DNA of 62,651 bases. Source: Bacillota bacterium. Its GTDB lineage: Bacteria; Bacillota; Dethiobacteria; DTU022. Each line of letters begins with the position of its first letter. Within the stretch, counting starts at the first letter, position 1. Location: positions 1 through 62,651 of the forward strand of contig DUVX01000150.1 in the NCBI GenBank assembly GCA_012840855.1, written 5' to 3'. Position numbers and translations under genes: made by a program. Of this stretch, positions 34,059 through 45,416 are shown one piece after another. The notes beneath the pieces are model-generated. The model was not told where the DNA came from, ran no database searches, and saw only the letters and a program-made list of their open reading frames with translations.

Positions 34059-35546
34059 ATGGCCGATCGCGGCAGCTGGTGGAAAGAAAAACGTTCGCAC
34101 CTCATCGCCGTGCTTTTTGTACTGCTACTGGTGGGGTCAAACCTGGGCGTCTATTACCTTACCATGCAGAGGAGTGCTTTGCCTCCCCCGCATGATGAAG
34201 AAGAGTACGATCTGGCGACTCCGGAATCCCTGGGCCGGGAATGGAATATATTTGTAGAGGTGCTGGAGCGGCTTCAGCAAAACTACCTTTACCCGCTGGA
34301 TATGGCACAGGTTATCCGCGGCGCCGTAAAAGGGGCGCTGGAGGCTGTCGACGATCCGCGCACAGCCTTTTATGATGAGAAGGAGCTGGAGAACTTCTTG
34401 ATCGAGGCTACCGGATCCTTCGGCGGGGTCGGTGTCCGCATCATCGAGGTTGATGACGAGATCGTCGTCTTTGAGACCCTTCCCGGCAGCCCGGCGGATT
34501 CCGCCGGTATCTATCCCGGCGATCGCATCAGCCGGGCGGGCGGGCAGAAGCTGGCGGGGCGGGGGGTGGAGAGCGCTGCAGAGATCTTGCGGGGCAAAAA
34601 AGGCAGCAAGATCACCCTTTCGATCAAACGTCCCGGGCGGGAGGATGAGCTCAGCCTCACCCTGGAGCGGGAAGAGATCAGGATGGAGACGGTCTTCTCG
34701 CGCTGGGAAGAGCCGGGGCTGGCTTATATCAGGATTACGAATTTCGACAGCCATACCGGGGAGTCATTTGCGGCACAGCTTTCCCGCCTGGAGAAAAAAG
34801 GGCTGCGGGAAGGGTTGATCCTGGACCTGCGGGATAACCCCGGCGGACTCGTAGAAGAGGCGGTGAAAGTGGCCAAATTGATCGTACCTGAAGGGGAGAT
34901 TACCCGTCTGGTGGGAAGAAAAGGCGCGGTGCGTGACATCTGCTATTCCCGCGCCCCGGAAAAAGAGTATCCCATCGTTGTTCTGGTCAATGAAGAGAGC
35001 GCCAGCGCAGCGGAGATTCTCGCCGGGGCTCTGCAGGATCGCAGCCCCGCCATATTGGTGGGGGTGAAGACCTACGGCAAGGCCACCGTGCAGCATCTGG
35101 AAAACCTTTCGGGTGGCAACGCCCTTCTCCTTACCATAGCCCGTTACCTGACCCCTTCGGGCAGGGATATTGACGGTAAGGGGCTGGAACCTGATGTTAC
35201 CGTGGAGATGCCTCTGCCGCTAAAATATTATCGCTACTTTTTCCCCGGGCCCCTGGGCGGCGGTGATTACGGCGCCGAGGTGAAGCTTCTCCAGGAGATG
35301 CTCGCCGAACTGGGCTATCGTCCGGGCAGCGAGGGGTATTTTGACAGGGCGACGGCGGCGGCGCTGAGCAAATTCCAGAAAAAAGCGGGGCTGGAGGCCA
35401 CCGGTGAATTTGACGATCTGACCTGGGTAGCGCTTCGCGAAGATTTCGAAAAGGCTGCCCGGGAGCGCGATCCGCAGCTGCGCCGGGCAGTGGAGCTGCT
35501 CAAGCAGCCGGGTAGATGGTGGCAGGGGAGGGAAAAAGCCGGTTGA
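34059..35546 (+). CDS. S41 carboxy-terminal processing protease with PDZ and C-terminal peptidoglycan-binding domain
   Basis: ...ILDLRDNPGGL..., ...NEESASAAEILAGAL..., KTYGKAT. C-terminal PG_binding_1-like ...VKLLQEMLAELGY...ATAAALSKFQKKAGL. Confidence 0.9.
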   Translation: MADRGSWWKEKRSHLIAVLFVLLLVGSNLGVYYLTMQRSALPPPHDEEEYDLATPESLGREWNIFVEVLERLQQNYLYPLDMAQVIRGAVKGALEAVDDPRTAFYDEKELENFLIEATGSFGGVGVRIIEVDDEIVVFETLPGSPADSAGIYPGDRISRAGGQKLAGRGVESAAEILRGKKGSKITLSIKRPGREDELSLTLEREEIRMETVFSRWEEPGLAYIRITNFDSHTGESFAAQLSRLEKKGLREGLILDLRDNPGGLVEEAVKVAKLIVPEGEITRLVGRKGAVRDICYSRAPEKEYPIVVLVNEESASAAEILAGALQDRSPAILVGVKTYGKATVQHLENLSGGNALLLTIARYLTPSGRDIDGKGLEPDVTVEMPLPLKYYRYFFPGPLGGGDYGAEVKLLQEMLAELGYRPGSEGYFDRATAAALSKFQKKAGLEATGEFDDLTWVALREDFEKAARERDPQLRRAVELLKQPGRWWQGREKAG

Positions 35547-36916
35547 GCGCTTTGCTTCTCGAACTTGGCAAAATATTGTTGACGACTCTGCTCCGGGTGC
35601 TGCAGATCCCCCTGTTCTGGTTGGTGATTTTGCTTGTCTACCTGCAGTACCGCCGTGTAGCCGGTATGGAGCAGAAATTTTTCGGGAGGATAATCAACCC
35701 CGTGGGGAGGCAGGTGGCGATCTCCACGGGCCTGGGGATCCTGGCGGGGATCCTGGCCAGTGCATTCATGCTGCTGCTGGGCCTTTCTCTTTCGCAGATC
35801 GGGCTGCTCTATATCTGGCCGGTGGCGTTGCTGCTCCTTCTGATTCACCCCCGCTTTCTCTGTTTTTCCTATGCCGGAGGTATTGTCGCCCTCGCTGTGC
35901 TGGCGCTACGCCATCTAGTGGGTCCTCTTTTCCCCGCTTTCGCTGAGATGAAGCTGGTGGCTCCCCTGCTGGAGATCCATATCCCCGCCCTGTTGGCGCT
36001 GATCGGATTGCTGCACCTTATCGAAGCGCTGTTGATCTATCTCAGCGGCCACCGGGGCAGCAGCCCGCTCTATTTCAAACGTGCCGGCGGCGAGGTGGTG
36101 GGCGCCTTCAGCCTGCAAAAATTCTGGCCCATCCCGCTGGTGGCGCTGCTGGCTATGGCGATTCCGGAAGCAGAGGTGCAGGGCGTGAGCATGCCGGAAT
36201 GGTGGCCGCTGCTCAAAAGCACCCTGGAGCTGGGCCCGGGGGAGACCCTGCAGTATATGGCTCTTCCTGTCCTGGCGGCTCTCGGTTATTCCGATATGGC
36301 TTTCTCCTCCAGCCCGCGGCAAAAATCAGCCGGCACCGCCCGTTTTCTCAGCATCTATAGTGTGGCCCTGATCCTGTTGGCCCTGCTGGCAGAATTTTGT
36401 CCTTCGCTGACCCTGGCGGGGGTGCTCTTTGCCCCCCTGGGTCATGAAGCAGTGATCAACCGCGGGAACCGGCTGGAGAGCTCCCGCGAGAGCCTCTATC
36501 GCGCCGGCGCCGCCGGGGTCCCCCTGATGATGGTGCTGCCGGGGAGCGCGGCTGAAAGTGCGGGGTTGCGCTCCGGGGATCTGGTTCAACGGGTTAACGG
36601 TGCCCCGGTGAGCAGCGACCTCGATCTGCTACGGAAGATCGATGAAAGTTACTTCATGGTATTGATCGAGGGTCTACGCGGAGGCGGCGGCCTCTCTGTG
36701 GTCCTTAACAAGCGCCGCCCGGGGGGGCAGGATGCGGCGGACCCCTTTGCCCAGGCCGGGCTCCCGGCCGCTACGGCGGCTCCGCTCTGGCACCGGGGCG
36801 CCGCCCTGGGACTGATCCCGGCGCCATCATCGCAGACCCCCATCTATGCCCGGGAAAGAAGGGCGGCGGGGCACAGCCTGCTGCGCCGGCTGCGAGGGCG
36901 CAGCAGGGGCTCGTGA
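35516..36916 (+). CDS. polytopic membrane protein with C-terminal PDZ domain
   Basis: About 9 TM segments, then ...AAESAGLRSGDLVQRVNGAPVSS... (PDZ). An alternative start at TTG 35543 exists. It overlaps the ctp end. Confidence 0.7.
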   Translation: MVAGEGKSRLSALLLELGKILLTTLLRVLQIPLFWLVILLVYLQYRRVAGMEQKFFGRIINPVGRQVAISTGLGILAGILASAFMLLLGLSLSQIGLLYIWPVALLLLLIHPRFLCFSYAGGIVALAVLALRHLVGPLFPAFAEMKLVAPLLEIHIPALLALIGLLHLIEALLIYLSGHRGSSPLYFKRAGGEVVGAFSLQKFWPIPLVALLAMAIPEAEVQGVSMPEWWPLLKSTLELGPGETLQYMALPVLAALGYSDMAFSSSPRQKSAGTARFLSIYSVALILLALLAEFCPSLTLAGVLFAPLGHEAVINRGNRLESSRESLYRAGAAGVPLMMVLPGSAAESAGLRSGDLVQRVNGAPVSSDLDLLRKIDESYFMVLIEGLRGGGGLSVVLNKRRPGGQDAADPFAQAGLPAATAAPLWHRGAALGLIPAPSSQTPIYARERRAAGHSLLRRLRGRSRGS

Positions 36917-36955
36917 ACGTTTTTCACCGGCATTATGCAAAAAGGCAGGTGAACC

Positions 36956-37525
36956 ATCCTGTTATCGGCCGCTCTCTCCGCCTTTGTCTGTGTTTTTGTA
37001 GCGGAATTTGGTGATAAGACGCAGCTGGTCTCCCTTTCCATGGCTAGCCGCTACCCGCCCCTGCAGGTCCTTGGGGGGGCCATGACGGGGCTGGCCCTGG
37101 TGATGGGGCTCGCTGTCGGGGCCGGCGGGGTGGTCGCCGCCTATGTCCCCCCGCCGGTCATCGCTGTCGCCTCGGGGCTCTTTTTTGTGATCATGGGTCT
37201 TTTCACTTTGTACCAAAAAGAGGAAGAGCAGGGCCCCCAAGCCGGCAAAGGCGGTTTTTACCGCACCGCCACACTTATTTTTGTGGCGGAGCTGGGGGAT
37301 AAAACCCAGATGGCGGCGCTGCTGCTCTGCGCCCACAGCGGCTGCCCCCTTGCCGTGTTCACCGGAGCGATGGCGGGAATGTTTTTGAACCACGCGCTGG
37401 CGGTATTTCTGGGGGGCCGTTATCTTTCCAGGCTCTCTCCATCCCTTTTAAAAAATATCACAGCAGCTCTCTTCATTGTCATCGGGCTGGTCATGCTGCT
37501 CCTTCTGGCTCTGGGGCGAGTATAG
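36956..37525 (+). CDS. UPF0016 / GDT1-TMEM165-family cation (Mn2+/Ca2+) transporter; apparent non-canonical start
   Basis: Two E-x-G-D-K-T repeats: AEFGDKTQL (37001-37027) and AELGDKTQM. The first lies upstream of the track's ATG 37040, in a frame open only back to TGA 36950. The only start candidates there are ATC 36956 and CTG 36959, after AGGTGA. Confidence 0.65.
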   Translation: MLLSAALSAFVCVFVAEFGDKTQLVSLSMASRYPPLQVLGGAMTGLALVMGLAVGAGGVVAAYVPPPVIAVASGLFFVIMGLFTLYQKEEEQGPQAGKGGFYRTATLIFVAELGDKTQMAALLLCAHSGCPLAVFTGAMAGMFLNHALAVFLGGRYLSRLSPSLLKNITAALFIVIGLVMLLLLALGRV

Positions 37526-37631
37526 AGCAGCACCGAAGAGGCTACAATTTATGTCAAGGGCGGCGGTTGTCCTATTCAGAATATTGGATCGGCGTTGGGA
37601 AAAAGTGGGCCTCAATAGCGAGATCGGGCTG

Positions 37632-37640
37632 TGCTATAAT
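37632..37640 (+). promoter_or_regulatory. extended -10 (TGcTATAAT) upstream of uvrB
   Basis: TGCTATAAT lies 32 nt before ATG 37672. The -35 is weak (TCAATA at 17 nt). Confidence 0.35.
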
Positions 37641-37671
37641 GGATGTTGTTATTAGAGCGGAGGAAAGAAAG

Positions 37672-39675
37672 ATGCTCCCGGTAAATAAATTTAAAATAAA
37701 GGCCGATTTTACCCCTTCGGGCGATCAGCCGGAAGCGATTGCGGCCCTGGTAAAGGGGCTGCGCGGGGGGCTCGCTTACCAGACCCTCCTGGGGGCAACC
37801 GGTTCGGGCAAAACCTTTACCGTAGCCCAGGTGATCGAGCAAGTCCAGCTGCCCACGCTGGTGATCGCACCGAACAAGATCCTGGCAGCGCAGCTCTGCA
37901 GCGAGTTCAAAGAATTCTTTCCCGAGAACGCGGTGGAGTACTTCATCAGCTATTACGATTACTACCAGCCCGAAGCCTACCTGCCGCAGAGCGACACTTA
38001 TATCGAAAAAGACTCCTCGATCAACGATGAGATCGACAAGCTGCGCCATTCCGCCACCAGCGCACTTCTAGAGCGGCGCGACGTTATCGTCGTAGCGAGC
38101 GTCTCCTGTATCTACGGCCTCGGTTCGCCTCAGGAGTACCGCCGGCAGGTATTGTCGTTGCGGCCGGGGATGCGCCTGGGACGGGAGGAGCTCATCGCCG
38201 CCCTGGTGGGGATCCATTACGAAAGGAACGAGATCGATCTGCACCGCGGCACCTTCCGGGTCCGCGGCGATGTTGTCGAGATCGTCCCCGCTTCCTTTGC
38301 CGAAGCGAGCCTGCGCGTAGAGCTTTTCGGCGATGAGATCGAGCGCATCCGCGAAGTCGATCTGCTGACGGGAAGAGCGCTGGGGGAGCGCAGCCATGCG
38401 GCGATTTTTCCGGCCACGCACTATGTCACCGCACCGGAGCAGCTAGAGAGGGCGGCGTACTCCATCGAAGCGGAGCTGGAGCAGCGACTGGAGGAATTCC
38501 GGGAGGTGGGGAAATACCTGGAGGCACAGCGGTTGGAGCAGCGCACCCGCTATGATCTGGAGATGATCCGCGAGATCGGTTTCTGCAGCGGCATCGAAAA
38601 CTATTCCCGCCACCTCGACGGGCGACCACCCGGCAGCCGGCCCTGGACCCTGCTCGATTACTATCCTGAGGAATTTATGCTGGTAATCGATGAATCGCAT
38701 ATCACCATCCCCCAGATAAACGGGATGTACCGCGGCGATCTCTCCCGCAAGAGCACCCTCGCCGACCATGGCTTCCGCCTCCCTTCGGCTTTGGACAACC
38801 GGCCGCTGCGATTTGACGAATTTGAGAAGCTCATCAGCCGGGCGATCTTTGTCTCCGCCACCCCCGGCCCCTGGGAGCTGGAGCAGAGCGCCGCCGTGGT
38901 GGAGCAGATTATCCGCCCCACCGGGCTCCTCGATCCCGAGATAGAGGTGCGGCCGGCAACGGGGCAGGTGGATGACCTCTACGGTGAGATCCGAGCCCGC
39001 GCGGAGGTGGGGGAGCGGGTCCTTGTGACCACGATGACAAAGCGGATGGCCGAGGATTTGACCGATTACTATCGCGAGATGGGGCTGCGCGTGCGCTATA
39101 TGCACTCGGATATCGATGCCCTGGAGAGGATGGCGATCATCAGGGGTCTGCGCCTGGGGGAATTTGATGTCTTGATCGGTATAAACCTGCTGCGCGAGGG
39201 GCTGGATCTGCCCGAAGTCTCCCTGGTGGCGATTTTCGATGCCGACAAGGAGGGCTTTCTGCGCTCCGATCGCTCGCTCATCCAGACCATCGGCCGGACC
39301 GCCCGCAATAGTGCCGGGCGGGTGATCATGTATGCCGAGACGGTGACTCCGTCGATGCGGCGGGCCATCGATGAGACGGCGCGCCGCCGCCGGAAGCAGA
39401 TGGCTTACAATCGCAAGCACGGGATCATTCCCCGCACTATTGTCAAACCCGTGCACGGGGTGATCGCGGCGACAACGGTTGCCGAAGATGCCGATGAATA
39501 TGCTGTTGAAAACCTGGTGATGCTCGACCCCGAGAGACGCCGGAAGATGATCCGCGAGCTGCGCAAGAAGATGAAAGAGGCCTCGCGGGAGCTGGCTTTT
39601 GAGGAGGCCGCGGAGCTGCGCGATCTGATTTTTGAGTTGGAACGGGCGCCTGTTTCCACAATTGAAACCGGGTAG
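37672..39675 (+). CDS. uvrB: excinuclease ABC subunit B
   Basis: [32 protein letters not shown]-terminal UVR motif. AGGAAAGAAAG lies before the ATG. The track start at 37567 is too long. Confidence 0.95.
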   Translation: MLPVNKFKIKADFTPSGDQPEAIAALVKGLRGGLAYQTLLGATGSGKTFTVAQVIEQVQLPTLVIAPNKILAAQLCSEFKEFFPENAVEYFISYYDYYQPEAYLPQSDTYIEKDSSINDEIDKLRHSATSALLERRDVIVVASVSCIYGLGSPQEYRRQVLSLRPGMRLGREELIAALVGIHYERNEIDLHRGTFRVRGDVVEIVPASFAEASLRVELFGDEIERIREVDLLTGRALGERSHAAIFPATHYVTAPEQLERAAYSIEAELEQRLEEFREVGKYLEAQRLEQRTRYDLEMIREIGFCSGIENYSRHLDGRPPGSRPWTLLDYYPEEFMLVIDESHITIPQINGMYRGDLSRKSTLADHGFRLPSALDNRPLRFDEFEKLISRAIFVSATPGPWELEQSAAVVEQIIRPTGLLDPEIEVRPATGQVDDLYGEIRARAEVGERVLVTTMTKRMAEDLTDYYREMGLRVRYMHSDIDALERMAIIRGLRLGEFDVLIGINLLREGLDLPEVSLVAIFDADKEGFLRSDRSLIQTIGRTARNSAGRVIMYAETVTPSMRRAIDETARRRRKQMAYNRKHGIIPRTIVKPVHGVIAATTVAEDADEYAVENLVMLDPERRRKMIRELRKKMKEASRELAFEEAAELRDLIFELERAPVSTIETG

Positions 39676-39698
39676 CCCGCCTGGAAATGAGGTAAAAT

Positions 39699-42560
39699 AT
39701 GGCCGAGGGATCAATCATTATTCATGGCGCCAGGGAGCATAATCTAAAAAATATCGACCTGGTCCTGCCCCGTAATCGTTTTATCGTCTTCACCGGCCTG
39801 AGCGGATCGGGGAAATCGTCGCTGGCCTTCGATACGATCTATGCGGAGGGACAGCGGCGCTACGTTGAATCGCTTTCCGCCTATGCGCGCCAGTTTTTGG
39901 GGCAGATGGAGAAACCCGATCTCGATCAGATCGAGGGGCTCTCGCCCGCCATCTCCATCGATCAGAAGACCGCTTCGCGCAACCCCCGCTCCACCGTCGG
40001 GACAGTCACCGAGATCTACGATTATCTGCGGCTGCTCTTCGCCCGGGTCGGGCGTCCTTACTGCCCCCGCTGTCGCCGCCCCATCGATCGGCAGACGGTG
40101 CAGCAGATTGTCGATCAGATCATGGAGCTGCCCGGGGGGGTTCGCCTGCAGGTGCTCGCCCCGCTGGTCCGGGGGCGCAAAGGCGAGTATACACGCCTTT
40201 TCGAGGAGATGCGCCGCCGCGGTTATGTCCGTGTCTGCGTGGATGGCGAGGTGCGCGAGCTGGAAGAGGAGATCGTTCTTGACAAGCAGAAAAAGCATAC
40301 TATCGAGGTGGTCATCGACCGCCTCATTGTGCGCGGCGGCATCGAAGCCCGCCTCGCCGACTCCCTGGAGACGGCGCTCAAACTCAGTGAGGGCCTGGTG
40401 CTGGTCCGGGAGGTTGAAGGAGGCGAGCATCTTTTCAGCGAGCGTTTTGCCTGTCCCCAGTGCGGTTTCAGCTTTGAGGAGATCACCCCTCGCGCCTTCT
40501 CTTTTAACAGCCCCTACGGAGCCTGCCCCGAGTGCAGCGGCCTGGGGGTAAAGGCGGAATTTTCGGCAGAGTTGATCGTCCCTCATCCGGAGCTCTCGAT
40601 CAACGAAGGAGCCATCGATCCCCTTTCGGGATACCGCGGCTATTATCGACAGTTTCTGGAGTCGGCGGCGGAGCACTGGCAGATCGATCTGGAGCGACCC
40701 TTCGCCGATCTGGATCAACAGGAAAAAGAGCTTCTGTTTCACGGCTCCAGCGAGCGGGTTCCCTTCCATTATGTGAACCGATTTGGGCGGGTGCGAAATT
40801 ACCGCCGCCCCTTTCCCGGCGTCCTGAAGCTTCTGCAGAGGCGTTACGATACTACGGAGTCGGAAGAGACGCGGCGGGATCTGGCCGGCTATATGGAGAT
40901 AAAACCCTGCCCCGCCTGCCGCGGGCGGCGCTTGAAGGAATCGAGCCTCTCGGTTCTTATCAACGGGCTCAATATCGCTGAGGTTGCCGCTTTCACGGTA
41001 GCCGAGGCGCGGGATTACTTTACCGGTATTGAACTGACGGAGCGTGAGAGGCGGATCGCCGGGCAGGTGCTCAAAGAGATCCTGGAAAGACTTAATTTTT
41101 TGAATAACGTGGGGCTGCAGTACCTCAGCCTAGACCGCCCCTCGGCCACCCTTTCCGGCGGCGAAGCGCAGCGGATCCGCCTGGCCACCCAGATCGGCTC
41201 GGGCCTGACGGGGGTAATCTATATCCTCGATGAGCCCAGTATCGGCCTGCATCTGCGCGATAATGCCCGGCTCATCGAGACGCTGAAAAGATTGCGCGAT
41301 CTGAGGAATACCGTGATCGTGGTGGAGCATGACGAGGGGACCATCCGTGCCGCTGATCACATCGTCGATATCGGCCCCGGTGCAGGGGTTCACGGCGGCG
41401 AGATCGTTGCCCAGGGCACGCTGAAGGAGATCACCGCTGCAACGGGCTCGATCACCGGCGATTACCTGGCCGGACGCAGATCCATCCCCGTACCGTCTCA
41501 GAGGCGTCAGCCGGGCGAGCGCAGCCTCTGGATCAGAGGCGCCCGCGAGCATAATCTTCAGGATATCGATGTGGAGATCCCCCTGGGGCTCCTTGTCTGT
41601 GTCTCAGGCGTTTCGGGATCGGGCAAGAGCACCCTGGTCAACGAGATCCTCGCCCGGGCGCTGCAGCGGCGGCTGCACCGCTCCCGTCAGCCCGCCGGCG
41701 CGCACCGCGCCCTCGAGGGAGTGGAGCACCTGGATAAGGTGATCGTCGTCGACCAATCGCCTATCGGCAGGACCCCCCGCTCTAATCCGGCCACCTATAC
41801 AGGGCTGTTCGGGGGTATCCGCGAGCTCTTCGCCCAGACTGCGGAGGCGCGCCGGCGCGGTTACCGTCCCGGACGTTTCAGTTTCAATGTCAAAGGCGGC
41901 CGCTGTGAAGCCTGCCGCGGCGACGGGATCCTGCGCATTGAGATGCATTTCCTCCCCGATGTCTACGTCCCCTGTGAAGTATGCCGCGGCAAACGCTACA
42001 ATCGCGAAACGCTGGAGGTGCGCTACAAAGGTAAAAATATTGCCGATGTCCTGGCTATGACCGTCTCCGAGGCTTTCGACTTTTTCAGCGCCATCCCCAG
42101 GCTGCAGCGGCGGCTACAGCTTATCGACGATGTGGGGCTGGGCTATATCCGGCTGGGCCAGCCGGCCACGACCCTTTCCGGCGGTGAGGCCCAGCGAGTG
42201 AAACTGGCCACGGAGCTGTCGAAGCGCAGCAATGGGCGGACCCTCTATATTCTCGATGAGCCCACCACCGGTCTGCATCTTGCCGATATCAGTAAGCTGC
42301 TGCTGATCCTCGATCGGCTCGTTGACAGCGGCAACACCGTGGTGGTGATTGAGCACAATATGGATGTGCTCAAGAGAGCCGATCACCTCATCGATCTCGG
42401 ACCGGAGGGCGGCGCCGGCGGCGGTCGCATCGTCACTGCGGGCACCCCCGAAGAGGTGGCCTCCCGGGAGTATTCCCATACCGGACGATGGCTCCGCCAG
42501 GTCCTCGGAGCACCGGGCAGCGATACTGTTCAGCCGGAATCTGAACGGATCGCCCATTAG
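39699..42560 (+). CDS. uvrA: excinuclease ABC subunit A
   Basis: Two ABC modules ([18 protein letters not shown]; two LSGGEAQR signatures) and Zn-finger Cys pairs. Confidence 0.97.
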   Translation: MAEGSIIIHGAREHNLKNIDLVLPRNRFIVFTGLSGSGKSSLAFDTIYAEGQRRYVESLSAYARQFLGQMEKPDLDQIEGLSPAISIDQKTASRNPRSTVGTVTEIYDYLRLLFARVGRPYCPRCRRPIDRQTVQQIVDQIMELPGGVRLQVLAPLVRGRKGEYTRLFEEMRRRGYVRVCVDGEVRELEEEIVLDKQKKHTIEVVIDRLIVRGGIEARLADSLETALKLSEGLVLVREVEGGEHLFSERFACPQCGFSFEEITPRAFSFNSPYGACPECSGLGVKAEFSAELIVPHPELSINEGAIDPLSGYRGYYRQFLESAAEHWQIDLERPFADLDQQEKELLFHGSSERVPFHYVNRFGRVRNYRRPFPGVLKLLQRRYDTTESEETRRDLAGYMEIKPCPACRGRRLKESSLSVLINGLNIAEVAAFTVAEARDYFTGIELTERERRIAGQVLKEILERLNFLNNVGLQYLSLDRPSATLSGGEAQRIRLATQIGSGLTGVIYILDEPSIGLHLRDNARLIETLKRLRDLRNTVIVVEHDEGTIRAADHIVDIGPGAGVHGGEIVAQGTLKEITAATGSITGDYLAGRRSIPVPSQRRQPGERSLWIRGAREHNLQDIDVEIPLGLLVCVSGVSGSGKSTLVNEILARALQRRLHRSRQPAGAHRALEGVEHLDKVIVVDQSPIGRTPRSNPATYTGLFGGIRELFAQTAEARRRGYRPGRFSFNVKGGRCEACRGDGILRIEMHFLPDVYVPCEVCRGKRYNRETLEVRYKGKNIADVLAMTVSEAFDFFSAIPRLQRRLQLIDDVGLGYIRLGQPATTLSGGEAQRVKLATELSKRSNGRTLYILDEPTTGLHLADISKLLLILDRLVDSGNTVVVIEHNMDVLKRADHLIDLGPEGGAGGGRIVTAGTPEEVASREYSHTGRWLRQVLGAPGSDTVQPESERIAH

Positions 42561-42581
42561 CAAAGCCAGAGGAGTCTTTTC

Positions 42582-44450
42582 ATGAGCATACTGTCGGAAC
42601 TTGCCGAAAAAGTGCGCCATTTTCCTCGCTCACCCGGTGTTTATCTGATCAAGGATGCCGTGGGGCGGGTGATCTATGTCGGTAAAGCCCGGTCGCTGCG
42701 GCAACGCATCCAGAACTACGTCGCCGACAGCAGCGCTGTTCCGCCGCGGTTGCAGGCGATCCGCTCCCAGATGCGCGATCTCGAATATATGGTCACCGAT
42801 ACCGAAGTGGAAGCGCTGATCCTCGAGTGCAACCTGATCAAGGAGTACCGGCCGCGCTACAATGTTGATCTGAAGGATGACAAGGACTATCCCTGTCTGC
42901 GTCTCACCGGGGGGCCTTACCCGAGGCTGGAGTACCTGCGCCTTTCGCAGAAAGAAGGGCGGCAAAAAAAACGCCTCTTAAGCGAACAGCAGGCCGTCGA
43001 AGAGCGCGAAGCGCTCTATTTTGGACCCTATACCGAAGTGGGGGCGGTGCGCGAGACCATGCGCCTGCTGGGGAAAATATTTCCTCTACGCCGCTGCCGC
43101 CGCCCCCTCGACGGCGAAGCGCTGGCAGAGCGGCCCTGCCTTAATTATCAGATGAAACGCTGCCTTGGCCCCTGCCGGGGCGCTGCCGCAGTATCTCCCG
43201 AAGAATACGGCCGTCTGGTGGAGCAGGTGGTCTCATTTCTCGAGGGAAAGCGCGATACCCTGGAGAGGCAGCTGGAAGAGGGGATGCACCGCGCAGCGGA
43301 AGAGAAACGTTTTGAAGAGGCGGCGCGTCTGCGGGACCAGCTGCAGGCTGTGCGCCGGATCACCGCTCAGGAGCAAAAAGTGCTCGATCTGAAGGGGGGT
43401 GCTGATCGGGATGTTCTGGCGCTGGTGCGCCATGAAGGAGCCGTCGCGGTTCATCTTTTTGTGATCAGAGAAGGAAAGCTGATCCGCCGCGAGCATTTTC
43501 CTCTCGGCCCCGCCGCCGCTGAAGCCGGTGACGGCGAAGCGCTCGGCGCCTTTATCAAATCTTATTACAGCCGGGGGGCGTCCCCCCCGAAAGAGATCGC
43601 CCTCTCCGCTGAGCCTGACGATGGGGATACGCTGGAAAATTGGCTCAAGAAACTGTCCGGGGCAAGGGTGAGGCTTTCGGTGCCGCGGCGCGGTTCCCGT
43701 CGCAAACTCGTGGAGATGGCCCTGCGCAACGGGCTGCTCAGGCTTCAGGATGAGCAGGAGCGAAGGGCGCAGCGGGTGCTGTTGCCCCTGGAGGAGGTGG
43801 GCCGGCTGGCGGGGCTGGGGAAAGCGCCCCGGCGCATCGAAGGCTATGATATCTCCCACCTGCGCGGCGGCGCCGCTGTGGGGGTGATGGTGGTTTTCGA
43901 GCAGGGCCGCCCTTTTAAAGACGGATATCGCCGCTTTCACCTGGGCCGGACACCGCCGGGCGATGACTGCGCCGCCCTGCAGGAAGTTCTGCAGAGGCGG
44001 CTCTCCCATAGTGAATGGCCTACACCTGAGCTGTTGCTGATCGACGGCGGCAGGGCCCAGCTGAACGCAGCCCGGGAGTCCCTGCAGCAGGAAGATGCAG
44101 CAGGGATAGCGCTGCTGGCTCTGGCGGAAAATCCGGACCGGATTTTTTTGGAGGGGGAGAAGACGCCGGTACTTCTGCCGGCGAACAGCACCCTGTTGCA
44201 GCTTCTGCAGAGGATTCGCGATGAAGCACACCGCTTTGCCGTCGACTACCACCGCCGTCTGCGCCGGCAGGGCGCCACCCGTTCCCGGCTCGAAGAGATT
44301 CCCGGAGTGGGGCCGCAGCGCCGGGCCGCGCTGCTGAAGCACTTTGGCAACCTGGAGCGGCTTTATCGTGCCACCACAGAAGAGCTCGCCGCCGTACCCG
44401 GGATCAGCCGCATTCTTGCCGAAAGGATCTACCGGGAACTGCACCTGTGA
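42582..44450 (+). CDS. uvrC: excinuclease ABC subunit C
   Basis: GIY-YIG (GVYLIKDAVGRVIYVGKA), UVR domain, C-terminal (HhH)2. Confidence 0.95.
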   Translation: MSILSELAEKVRHFPRSPGVYLIKDAVGRVIYVGKARSLRQRIQNYVADSSAVPPRLQAIRSQMRDLEYMVTDTEVEALILECNLIKEYRPRYNVDLKDDKDYPCLRLTGGPYPRLEYLRLSQKEGRQKKRLLSEQQAVEEREALYFGPYTEVGAVRETMRLLGKIFPLRRCRRPLDGEALAERPCLNYQMKRCLGPCRGAAAVSPEEYGRLVEQVVSFLEGKRDTLERQLEEGMHRAAEEKRFEEAARLRDQLQAVRRITAQEQKVLDLKGGADRDVLALVRHEGAVAVHLFVIREGKLIRREHFPLGPAAAEAGDGEALGAFIKSYYSRGASPPKEIALSAEPDDGDTLENWLKKLSGARVRLSVPRRGSRRKLVEMALRNGLLRLQDEQERRAQRVLLPLEEVGRLAGLGKAPRRIEGYDISHLRGGAAVGVMVVFEQGRPFKDGYRRFHLGRTPPGDDCAALQEVLQRRLSHSEWPTPELLLIDGGRAQLNAARESLQQEDAAGIALLALAENPDRIFLEGEKTPVLLPANSTLLQLLQRIRDEAHRFAVDYHRRLRRQGATRSRLEEIPGVGPQRRAALLKHFGNLERLYRATTEELAAVPGISRILAERIYRELHL

Positions 44451-44529
44451 GGGGCGCATCTGTGCCGCACCGGATCCCGATGGGTGAGTTATGCTATAAT
44501 AAAGATAAACATTTGCAAAGGAGTTTTTC

Positions 44530-45351
44530 ATGCGTTACCGCCTGTTGGCCATAGACCTGGACGAAACCCTTCTCGATGCTAATTCCAGTATTTCAACGCG
44601 CAGCAGGGAGGCGATCGGGGCGGCGGTAGAACGCGGTGTCTTCGTCATTATCTCTACGGGGCGGATGTACCAGGGCAGTCTCCCCTATGCGAAAGAGCTC
44701 GACCTGCACCCGGCGTGGCCGGTGATCAGCTATCAGGGCGCTTTGATCAAAACTGTGAATACGGGTGAGGTCCTTCTCCATTGCCCCATGACCCTGCCGA
44801 CGGCGGTGGCTGTTGCGGCGGCTGCCGAGGAAAAAAATGAAGAGATCTGCGCTTATATTGATGAGCGCTGTTATATTAACCGGGAGAACCGCTACTCCCA
44901 ATTTTACCGGGAAAGGTACAACACCCCTGTTGAAATAGTGGGGAGACTGGATCGCTTTCTGGAGCGTGATGGCCGCCGCCCCACGAAATTGACCATATTC
45001 AACTGGGACGGAGATTTCGCCGCGCTAAAAAATTTTCTCCGGGAGAGCCATCCGAACGAATTCACCATGCTCAGGCCGTACCCTTTTTTCCTTGAATTTA
45101 CCCACCAAAAAGCGACAAAGGGGCAGGCTCTGCGCTGGCTGGCTGATAAGCTCGATATCCGCCGCGAAGAGATCATCTCCTTCGGGGACAGCCCCAATGA
45201 TCTGGATATGATCCAGTACGCCGGGCTGGGTGTAGCTGTGGCCAACGCCGTGCCGGAGGTGCTGGAGGCGGCGGATCTGGTCACCGCAGCCAACATTGAA
45301 GATGGGGTGGCCCGTTTGATCGAAGAGTATATCTCCTCGGGCCTTCTCTGA
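44530..45351 (+). CDS. Cof-type HAD-IIB phosphatase
   Basis: LLAIDLDETLL (DxD), ...STGR..., GDSPNDLDM. Confidence 0.85.
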   Translation: MRYRLLAIDLDETLLDANSSISTRSREAIGAAVERGVFVIISTGRMYQGSLPYAKELDLHPAWPVISYQGALIKTVNTGEVLLHCPMTLPTAVAVAAAAEEKNEEICAYIDERCYINRENRYSQFYRERYNTPVEIVGRLDRFLERDGRRPTKLTIFNWDGDFAALKNFLRESHPNEFTMLRPYPFFLEFTHQKATKGQALRWLADKLDIRREEIISFGDSPNDLDMIQYAGLGVAVANAVPEVLEAADLVTAANIEDGVARLIEEYISSGLL

Positions 45352-45416
45352 TTTCCCGGCCGGCGCGGTGCCGGGCTCCCCATCATTGATCATGGAGAGG
45401 CGGATAAAGAAGAGCT

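Noticed and set aside
37526-37671. Search for a LexA/Cheo box (CGAAC-N4-GTTCG) upstream of uvrB
   Set aside because: No GAAC...GTTC element is present in the 146-nt spacer. Only an extended -10 was found, so I make no SOS-box claim.
38443-39714. 423-aa minus-strand ORF (and 39744..40769, 341 aa)
   Set aside because: Both are antisense to uvrB and uvrA respectively. Low-complexity composition marks them as shadow ORFs.
43233-44531. 432-aa minus-strand ORF
   Set aside because: It is antisense to uvrC. Same reasoning as the other shadow ORFs.
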